From NCBI GenBank assembly GCA_029553955.1, contig JAKPJZ010000100.1:21437-53436 (forward strand): a stretch of DNA of 32,000 nt, written 5' to 3'. Shown in pieces: positions 23,185-30,554 of the stretch. The position numbers were made by a program, and so were the translations under genes. Below the pieces are notes generated by a model. The model was not told where the DNA came from. It saw only the letters and a list, made by a program, of their open reading frames with translations, and did no database searches. Numbering within the stretch: position 1 is the first letter of the stretch; each line of letters begins with the position of its first letter. The stretch comes from Chloroflexota bacterium. GTDB taxonomy: Bacteria; Chloroflexota; Anaerolineae; SpSt-313.

Positions 23185-26100
23185 ATGGCCAGACGTGCGG
23201 CGTGGTACACCCGTCCCGTCTTTGTCTCCAGCACCTTCTGCGACATGCACGCCGAGCGCGACCACCTGCGCGACGTGGTCTTTCCCGAGCTGGCCGAGCG
23301 GCTGCGGGCGCGCCGCCACCACCTGGAGGCCATCGACCTGCGCTGGGGCGTGCAGACGGTGAGCGCCACAGAGGAGCAGGCGCGCGAGCTGCTGGTGCTC
23401 AAGGTCTGCCTCGACGAGATCGACCGCTGCCGGCCGTTCTTCATCGTGCTCCTGGGCGACCGCTACGGCTGGGTGCCGCCGCCGGATGCGCTGGCGGCCG
23501 CCGCGGGCGAGAAGGGCCTCAGCGCCATGATGGCGGGGCAGAGCGTGACCGCGCTCGAGATCGCCTACGGCCCCCTGCACGACCCCGCCCAGGCGCGGCG
23601 CTGCCTGGCCTACCTGCGCCAGCCCCTGCCCTACGACGAGATGCCGCCCGAACTGGCGGCGCTCTACTCGGAGGCGCACAGCCCCGCGCCCGGCGCCCGT
23701 GAGGCCGGCGAGCGGCTGCGGGCGCTGAAGGAGCGGCTGCAGGTTGCGCTGGGGCCGGGCCGGGTGCGCCATTACGCAGCCACGTGGGACGCCGCGCGCC
23801 GCCGCGTGACCGGTCTCGACGAGTGGGGCCGCCTGGTGCTGGAGGACCTCTGGCGCCAGCTCGACGCCGAGACCGCGGCGCTGGCGGCCGCCCCTGCGCC
23901 CACCTGGCAGGAGGAGGAGCGCGCCACCCTCGACGAGTTCATCGAAGAGCGCGCCCGCGGCTTTGTGGGCCGCAGTGAGGCGCTGCAGAGCCTGCGTGAG
24001 GTGGCGCTGGGCAGCGGCGACGGCCCCTGGGCGGCCGTGGTCACCGGCGCCGCGGGCACGGGCAAGAGCGCCCTGCTGGCCCGGCTGGCGCGCGACCTGG
24101 AGGCGGCGGAATGCCTGGTGCTGGCGCACGCGGCGGGCATCAGCGCCCGCGCCGGCAGCGTGGAGGCCATGCTGCGGCGCTGGAACGGCGAGCTGTCGGC
24201 GCACCTGGGGCTGAGCGCGGGGGGCGACGAGGCCACCGGGCTGCCGCAGGTCGAGCAGCAGTTCGCCGAGCGGCTCTCGCAGGCGGCGGCGCGCGGCCGC
24301 GTGGTGCTGCTCGTCGACGCCCTCAACCAGTTCGAGCGCACCCCCGCGGCGCGTCACCTCACCTGGCTGCCCGAGCTGTGGCCCGCTAACGCCCGGCTCA
24401 TCGCCACCGCCATCGCGGGCGAGGAGAGCGCCGCGCTCTGCCGCCGGCCGGGCGTCGTGACGCTGGCGCTGCCGCCGCTCGACGAGCGCGAGGCGGCGGG
24501 CATGGTGGCGGCCATCGCCGCGCGGCACCACAAGGCGGTGCACCCCGCGGTCGCGGCGGCGCTCGTGGAGCGGCGCACGCCCGGCGGCGAGAGCGCCGCC
24601 GGCAACCCGCTGTGGCTGAGCATCGCCGTCGAGACCCTGCTCCTGCTCGACGAAGAGGATTTCGCCCGCGCGCCGCGCTACGCTGGGACGCCCGAGGCGC
24701 AGTTGCAGGCGCTGCTCCGTGAAACGGCCGCGGGGCTGCCGGCGACCGTGGAGGCGCTCTACGGCGAGCTGCTGCAGCGGGCGGGGCGGCGCTTTGGCGC
24801 GGCCTGGGTGGCGGCGCTGCTCGACCTGCTCGCCGCCGCCCGCCATGGCCTGCGCGAGGCCGACCTGCGGCAGCTCGTGCCCGCGCTCGTCGGGGAGGGG
24901 TGGAGCGACCTGCGCTTCGCCGGCCTGCGCCGCTACCTGCGCGCCCACCTGGCGCGCCGCGGCGCCGAGGAGCTGTGGGATTTCCGCCACGCCCAACTGC
25001 GCGCCTGCGCCGTTGCTGGGGTCAGCGCCCAGGTGGGCCGGGCGCAGGCGCTGCAGCGGCGGCTGCTCGAGCACCTGGAGCGGCGGCCCAGGGGCGACCC
25101 GCTGCGCGCCGCGGAGCTGATGTACCACTACATCCAGGCCGATGAGCAGCTCGGCGCGGCCGGCTACTATGGCGGCGCGTTGACCGACGAGGAGGCGGCC
25201 GGCGCCACGCGGGCGCTGGCCGAGCTGATCATCGCCGGCGGGGCAAAGCAGCCGAACCCCGGGCTGGCATGGGTGGCGTCGCTTTTGCAGCAGGAGGAGA
25301 CCAGACTCCTGCTGCGTGGTCTCTGTGGGCGCTACCAGTTTGATTTGCTTCACGCGCTGACGGGCAACGCCAGCGTGGCGATATCGCTGGCGTTGCTGCA
25401 AGAGGTTCGCGGCGCGCTGGAGCGGCTGCACCAGCGGGCGCCAGAAGATGTCGACCATGCGCGTGACCTGGCGGTGAGCTACCATAAGCTGGGCGAGGTG
25501 TACTTGGCGTTGGGCGAGCCGGTGCGGGCGCGCGAGCCCTACGAGCGATGCCTGGCGATTGCCAAGATGCTGCGGCAGCGAGTACCAGACAGGGCCGAGT
25601 ATGCGCGCGACTTGGCGGTGAGCTACGAGCGGCTGGGGAACCTGTGTGTGCTGCTGGACGAACTGGCGCAGGCACGCAAGCTCTTTGGGGAATGCCTGGC
25701 GATTGCCGACGAACTGCGTCGTTGTGCACCCGACAACGTCGAGTATGCGCGCATCTGGTCGGTGAGCCGCATCAAGCTAGGAGAGCTGTACGTGGCGCTC
25801 GGGGAGACGGCGCAGGCGCGCGAGTTCTATGAGCGGGCTATTAAGATCGATGAGGAGCTGCACCGGCGTGCGCCCGCTCACGGCGGTCATGCGCGCGAAC
25901 TGGCGGTGAGCTATGAGAGATTGGGCGACCTGCACCTGGCGCTGGGGGAGACGGTGCAGGCGCTGGAATTCTATCAGAAGGATCTGGCGATCGCCGAGGA
26001 ATTGCATCGTCGTGCCCCCGACAACGTCGAGTATGCGCGAGTCCTGATGGTGAGCTACCACAAGCTGGGAGAGCTGTACGTGAAGCAGGGCGACTTTGCG

Positions 26101-26499
26101 GGCGCGAGACAGGTATACAAAGAGGGCCTGGCCATCGCTGAGATGCTGCGGCGGCAGACGCCCGACCGCGCCGAGTATGCGAACGACCTGATGGTGAGCT
26201 ACGAGCGATTGGGCAATTTGCACCTGGCGCTGGGCGAGCCGGCGCAGGCGCGTGAGTTCTACGAGCAGGCCAGGGAGATTGCCGAGGAAATGCGCAGCCG
26301 GGCGCCCAGCAACGCCCAGTACGCGCGCGCCTTCGTCGTGCTGTGCTACAGTCTGGCGCGGACGGCGCAGCAGCAGGGCGATGGCGCCGAGGCGGCACGC
26401 GAGCTGGGGCGCTGCCGCCAGGTGCTGCTGGAGATGCGGGCGCACGGCATGTACCTGGACCCGCCCCTGGCGCAGCTCCTGGAGCAGCTTGGCGGCTGA
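23185..26499 (+). CDS. STAND-class NTPase: DUF4062-type N-terminal domain, NACHT-like P-loop, helical arm, and about seven 48-aa TPR-like repeats (1104 aa)
   Basis: The N-terminus VFVSSTFCDMHAERDHLRDVVFPEL...FFIVLLGDRYGW is the DUF4062 signature. Walker A VVTGAAGTGKSALL and Walker B VVLLVDALNQ. The C-terminus has repeats DLAVSYERLGNL..ALGE..QAREFYE..L.IAEEL.RRAPD..EYAR. Confidence 0.85.
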   Translation: MARRAAWYTRPVFVSSTFCDMHAERDHLRDVVFPELAERLRARRHHLEAIDLRWGVQTVSATEEQARELLVLKVCLDEIDRCRPFFIVLLGDRYGWVPPPDALAAAAGEKGLSAMMAGQSVTALEIAYGPLHDPAQARRCLAYLRQPLPYDEMPPELAALYSEAHSPAPGAREAGERLRALKERLQVALGPGRVRHYAATWDAARRRVTGLDEWGRLVLEDLWRQLDAETAALAAAPAPTWQEEERATLDEFIEERARGFVGRSEALQSLREVALGSGDGPWAAVVTGAAGTGKSALLARLARDLEAAECLVLAHAAGISARAGSVEAMLRRWNGELSAHLGLSAGGDEATGLPQVEQQFAERLSQAAARGRVVLLVDALNQFERTPAARHLTWLPELWPANARLIATAIAGEESAALCRRPGVVTLALPPLDEREAAGMVAAIAARHHKAVHPAVAAALVERRTPGGESAAGNPLWLSIAVETLLLLDEEDFARAPRYAGTPEAQLQALLRETAAGLPATVEALYGELLQRAGRRFGAAWVAALLDLLAAARHGLREADLRQLVPALVGEGWSDLRFAGLRRYLRAHLARRGAEELWDFRHAQLRACAVAGVSAQVGRAQALQRRLLEHLERRPRGDPLRAAELMYHYIQADEQLGAAGYYGGALTDEEAAGATRALAELIIAGGAKQPNPGLAWVASLLQQEETRLLLRGLCGRYQFDLLHALTGNASVAISLALLQEVRGALERLHQRAPEDVDHARDLAVSYHKLGEVYLALGEPVRAREPYERCLAIAKMLRQRVPDRAEYARDLAVSYERLGNLCVLLDELAQARKLFGECLAIADELRRCAPDNVEYARIWSVSRIKLGELYVALGETAQAREFYERAIKIDEELHRRAPAHGGHARELAVSYERLGDLHLALGETVQALEFYQKDLAIAEELHRRAPDNVEYARVLMVSYHKLGELYVKQGDFAGARQVYKEGLAIAEMLRRQTPDRAEYANDLMVSYERLGNLHLALGEPAQAREFYEQAREIAEEMRSRAPSNAQYARAFVVLCYSLARTAQQQGDGAEAARELGRCRQVLLEMRAHGMYLDPPLAQLLEQLGG

Positions 26500-26539
26500 A
26501 TCCTTCCACACCGGGTGTGCGATATGGTGTGGCTGCCGT

Positions 26540-26712
26540 CTGCTCGTGGCAGAGGTGGGGAACCCCCTACCGTTCCCCCGGCGGGGGGAATTCAGGTTCA
26601 CGAGGCAGGCTTGCCGCCTTGCAGGGGGATGCAGCGACGCGGAGCGCCGGGAGCCGGCCCAATTCCCCCCGCCGGGGGAACGGTAGGGGGTTCCCGCCCC
26701 TGCCATGAGCAG
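26540..26712. repeat. about 52-nt-arm inverted repeat separated by 68 nt
   Basis: CTGCTCGTGGCAGAGGTGGGGAACCCCCTACCGTTCCCCCGGCGGGGGGAATT (26540-26592) pairs with AATTCCCCCCGCCGGGGGAACGGTAGGGGGTTCCCGCCCCTGCCATGAGCAG (26661-26712). There are a few mismatches near the outer ends. Confidence 0.85.
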
Positions 26713-26828
26713 ACCTGGCGGCATTGTTTCGCACAATCAAGTTGGAGGCATTTGGCAGCAATGCCTTTCAAATAGGGCGACAGTCGTTACTACGATGTGC
26801 TCGTTATTTGAACGGCATTGAGCCTGGT

Positions 26829-26907
26829 GGTTCGCCGCATTGGTTTTGATGGGCTGCGACGCCCACAAGGGGCTAGGCTACGCCCATCACAACCAATGCG
26901 GCGAACC
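26829..26907. repeat. 26-nt-arm inverted repeat (1 mismatch)
   Basis: GGTTCGCCGCATTGGTTTTGATGGGC (26829-26854) pairs with GCCCATCACAACCAATGCGGCGAACC (26882-26907). Confidence 0.85.
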
Positions 26908-27040
26908 GCGAGCCCCCTGGCCGCCACAGGCGGCTTGTGGGCGTTGCAGGGCGACGATTCGGCCGTCTGGGGGCCTTCACAGGCATGCCTGACCGATGTT
27001 CCCGCGGGCAGCGCGCCCTGCGCTGCGCAAGGAGGCAAGG

Positions 27041-28961
27041 ATGGCGACTGTCGCTACCAAGGGGGTGTGGGCCAACCTGTGCGCCTGGTGGAGGCGCTTC
27101 AATCGGCGGCGCCGCGCCCTCGACCGCCAGTTACACCTGGTGTGGCAGGACGTGGAGTGGCCGGTGGTCGTGGCCTTGGCGCTGGCAGCGTTCGTGCTCG
27201 GCTACATCGGCTTTGCGCGCAACGCGGTCGCCCAGGGCCAGGCGCTCACACCCTGGGACCTCTTCTACCTCTCGCTGCAGCTCTTTGTGCTGCAGTCGGG
27301 CGCGGTGCCGGGGCCAGTCGGTTGGGAGTTGAACCTGGCGCGGCTGCTCGCGCCTGCAGTGGCCGGCTACACCGCCTACCAGGCCATCGTGGCCATCTTT
27401 GACCAGCAGAAGGACCTGGTTCGCCTCTGGTACTGGCGCAACCATGCCATCATCTGCGGGCTGGGGCGCAAGGGGCTGCTCCTGGCGCAGGGGCTGCGCG
27501 CCGACGACGTCAACGTCGTGGTCATCGAGCCCGACTGCGACAACCCACGGCTCGCCCAATGCCGCGATGCCGGCGCCATCGTCCTCACCGGCAGCGACGA
27601 CGAGATGCTGCGCAAGGCGCACGTCGAGCGGGCGCGTTACCTCTTTGCCGTCTCGGGCGATGACAACCGCAACGCCGAGATTGCCGTCCTGGCACAGCGG
27701 CAGTTGGCCGGGCGCCCTCTCAAGCCGCTGCCGACGGGCCGAGTGGCGCGCCTTTGCCGCACGCCTGTGGACCTTTGTCACGCGTCGCCCCAGTGGGCCG
27801 CTCGCCTGCCATGTGCATGTGTTTGACCCGCAACTGCACGCCCTGCTGCGGCCTGTACAGGGGGCGCTGCAGGTGGCGCGCACCTTCCGCCTAGAGTTCT
27901 TCAATACCTTCGACAGCGGCGCCCGCGCCCTGGTCGATGACCCGGCACATTCGCCCTTTGCCGGCCCTGAGTCGGCGCAGGCGGCATGCCTGGTCGTGGT
28001 GGGGTTGGGGCAAATGGGCGAGAGCCTGGTGCTGCGTGCCGCGGCCAGCTATCGTGGGCCGTGCCCGCCTGCCGCACCGCCCCTGCGCATCACCGTCGTC
28101 GACCGCAGGGCCACCCAACGCGTGAAGGCGCTGCTCGTGCGCTACCCCTGGCTGGCGCCCATCTGCAAGATCGAACCGCTGCCGCCGATGGACGTGTCGG
28201 AGGCCGAGTTCCTCAGCTACCAGTTCCTGTTCGACGCCGCCGGGCAGTGCCTGGCCACGCACATCTACGTCTGCATCGACGACGATGCCCGCAGCCTGGC
28301 GGCCGCACTGGGCCTGCTGCGGCGCCTGCGCGACGATCCGGTGCAGATCATCGCCCGCATGGTTGAGGAGCGAGGCCTGGCCCATCTGCTGCGGCAGCCG
28401 GAGGTCAACCAGGGCGGACTGGCCCGGCTGTACCCCTTCAGCCTGCTCGAGCGCTCCTGCCGCTGGACCATGGTCGTCGACGGCACCTGCGAGGTGCTCG
28501 CCCGTGCCCTCCATGATGCCTATGTGCGCCACCAACGGCAACTGGGCCACACGCCCGAGACGAACAAGTCGATGGTGCCCTGGGAACAATCGCCCGATGA
28601 CCTCAAGGAGTCGAACCGGCAGCAGGCCGATCACATCGCCGTCAAGCTGGCGGCCGTCGGCTGCGGCATGGAGCTGCTGACCGATTGGACCGCTGCTGTC
28701 GCCTTCACCTTTACGTCCGCCGAGGTGGAAAAGCTGGCCGAAATGGAGCACGACCGCTGGGTGGCCGAGCGTCTGGAGAAGGGCTACCGCCTGGGGCCAA
28801 GGGATCCGGTGCGCAAGACCATCCCCTACCTGGTGGCCTGGGGCCAGCTCACCAATGAGGTGCAGGAGTACGACCGCGAGGCGGTGCGCCGGCTGCCATG
28901 GGCGTTGGCAGGCGCCGGGCTGCAGATCTACCGCCTGAAGCCGAGGCCACGGAGCCCCTGA
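27041..28961 (+). CDS. membrane protein: 2TM channel-like N-terminus, TrkA-N/Rossmann domain, second Rossmann-like domain, two RyR repeats. The frame changes somewhere in 27700-27826, so this is either a frameshift or two genes.
   Basis: ATG 27041 follows AAGGAGG. TM helices WPVVVALALAAFVLGYIGF and LARLLAPAVAGYTAYQAIVAIF. IICGLGRKG is a GxGxxG motif, and VVVGLGQMGESL is a second one. RyR-like LARALHDAYVR...VPWEQSPDDLKESNRQQADHI and LAEMEHDRWVAERLEKGYRLGP...IPYLVAWGQLTNEVQEYDREAV. Frame 2 stops at 27826; frame 0 carries the rest. Confidence 0.75.
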
Positions 28962-29068
28962 GGGTCAGAGCCCTGGCTGGAGATTGCATTGCCACGTCGC
29001 TCAGAAGCGTGTCATTGCGAGTGCCCCAGGGTTCCCGGCACCCTGCGCCAAGCCGATGACGTCGTACT

Positions 29069-29123
29069 GTAGCCGCGGCATCGTGCCGCGTAGAAGGGTT
29101 TCGCGGCAACATGCCGCGGCTAC
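29069..29123. repeat. 22-nt-arm hairpin (2 mismatches)
   Basis: GTAGCCGCGGCATCGTGCCGCG (29069-29090) pairs with CGCGGCAACATGCCGCGGCTAC (29102-29123). Confidence 0.85.
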
Positions 29124-29256
29124 GGCCCGGCGGACTATGTCATGAGCAGTGCCCCAGGGTCTCCGAACCCTGTGCCAGACAGAGGAACTTGGGCTTGCGG
29201 CCCAGGCCGACAGCCGGGCGTTTCGCTGCGCGCTCATCCGGCCCTAAGCCTTGGGC

Positions 29257-29334
29257 AAGGGGTTTGGGAGGCTGGCACCGTTGCCCGGCCCCCCACGGGG
29301 GGCCGGGCAACGGTGCCAGCCTCCCAAACCCCTT
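29257..29334. repeat. 38-nt-arm perfect palindrome whose termini match the 16703-16792 palindrome
   Basis: AAGGGGTTTGGGAGGCTGGCACCGTTGCCCGGCCCCCC ac GGGGGGCCGGGCAACGGTGCCAGCCTCCCAAACCCCTT. Both this and the 16703 element begin AGGGGTTT(T)GG and end CCAAA(A)CCCCT. Confidence 0.95.
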
Positions 29335-29434
29335 CTTGAGGGGCCCGCACCGGGTTTGTGCCTCGTGCAGGGCACGGGGCGTGCAAGCCGGTCACCGGCC
29401 TCAGGTGCCACAGGCAGGCCAAGTTTCTGAGCAG

Positions 29435-29531
29435 GAGGAGGCCGCAGCCGACGAAGCAATCCCTTGGTTGCGAGCGCAGCGAGGCACTCCACGTCGGACA
29501 TGGAGATTGCTTCGTCGGCTGCGGCCTCCTC
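29435..29531. repeat. 27-nt-arm perfect inverted repeat of the GATTGCTTCG...CTCGCAATGAC dispersed-repeat type
   Basis: GAGGAGGCCGCAGCCGACGAAGCAATC (29435-29461) pairs with GATTGCTTCGTCGGCTGCGGCCTCCTC (29505-29531). CTCGCAATGACAG is repeated at 29528 and 29586. A related copy lies at about 11372-11420. Confidence 0.9.
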
Positions 29532-29625
29532 GCAATGACAGTCGCAGTTTCTGTGCCTGCACAGGCTGCACCGCGGCCTGGGATACTCGCAATGACAGCA
29601 TGAACAGATTCGGGTGCTCTACATC

Positions 29626-29657
29626 GCAAGGACCGTGCCTCATGGCACGGTCCTTGC
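29626..29657. repeat. 14-bp perfect hairpin upstream of the secreted-protein gene
   Basis: GCAAGGACCGTGCC tcat GGCACGGTCCTTGC. Confidence 0.85.
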
Positions 29658-29757
29658 TGTTTGTCCTCTCGGCGGTGGCGCATGCGCCCTGGAACACCCG
29701 GCGCCGCCCGACCGGTTGCCCGGCTGCCCTGGAAAGCACTGCAAGGAGATGCAGGCG

Positions 29758-30306
29758 ATGGAACCCACAACTAGGAAGCGCCGCGGGTTGCGCATCCTCG
29801 GCGCCTCGGCCGTTGTGCTGGTCCTGGTCGCCGCGGGCGTGCTGCCCGGCCTGGCGAGTGTGAGCGCGCAGGGCCCGGCGCCCGGCGCGCCCGACTGGGT
29901 GCAGCGGCTCGTCGACTTGGGGCGTGCCGTGCACATGGCCGTGGATCGGCTGCTGGTGCGGCTCAACCCCGCCGAGGTGGCCAGGGCGGCGGCCGAGGCT
30001 GGGGAAGAGGCGTTCGGCCAAGAGCCCTCGGCAGTGGACCCCGAGCCCGCCTCGCCGCCGACGCTCGACAAGGAAGACCTGGCCGGCAGCGATGAATGGG
30101 TGTACGGCAGCTATACGGGTATCCTCACCCCACCTGGGTGCGATCTGGTGCCCGGCCTCTCCGAGCCCGAGCGCTCCGAGGCCTTTGAGATCTGGATGGA
30201 CGCCAGCAAGTATGTCGGCGACGATCCGGACAAGTACCACAGCATGACGAGCCTGGTCGAAGGGGTGTGGCAACAACTGAAGGGCGACCTGTGGGCTGGG
30301 GAGTGA
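29758..30306 (+). CDS. secreted hypothetical protein (182 aa) with Arg-rich signal peptide
   Basis: ATG 29758 lies 9 nt after AAGGAG. MEPTTRKRRGLRILGASAVVLVLVAAGVLPGLASVSAQG looks like a signal peptide, possibly Tat-type (RR). No family recognised for the mature part. Confidence 0.55.
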   Translation: MEPTTRKRRGLRILGASAVVLVLVAAGVLPGLASVSAQGPAPGAPDWVQRLVDLGRAVHMAVDRLLVRLNPAEVARAAAEAGEEAFGQEPSAVDPEPASPPTLDKEDLAGSDEWVYGSYTGILTPPGCDLVPGLSEPERSEAFEIWMDASKYVGDDPDKYHSMTSLVEGVWQQLKGDLWAGE

Positions 30307-30554
30307 ACTCGCTGGGGGAGATTGTAGAGAACCAGATGTTCTCACTCTCCTAGAGCGATACCCTTCAGGAGCTTCAGGCCTCCTGCATGCCGGCGCCCGT
30401 GGCCGGACCTCGGCGTCGCGTGCGGGAGGCCTGGCTGTTGTATGCCAGTGGCATGCAGCGCGAAGCGACGCCTCGGGGCTGCCTATGATAGCCCGCCCCG
30501 GACCCCACCACCAGTGCATTCTTTTGGCCCAAGCCCTTGATGTGGAGCATTGTT

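Noticed and set aside
22942-25485. An 847-aa minus-strand ORF opposite the STAND NTPase gene.
   Set aside because: Same reasoning. The plus-strand frame carries DUF4062, Walker A/B and repeat motifs, while the minus frame is low-complexity.
26500-27040. ORFs in the STAND-to-RyR spacer (26252-26686, 26343-26708, 26567-26761 and 26818-27402).
   Set aside because: They are generated by the arms of inverted repeats, since the same peptide appears on both strands. They lack SDs and family motifs.
28962-29757. A 250-aa ORF (29111-29863) and others across the 0.8-kb spacer, or a hidden structured RNA gene such as RNase P, tmRNA or SRP.
   Set aside because: The ORFs run through palindromes and have junk composition. 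I saw none of the conserved cores of those RNAs. The region is best described as stacked palindromic repeats.
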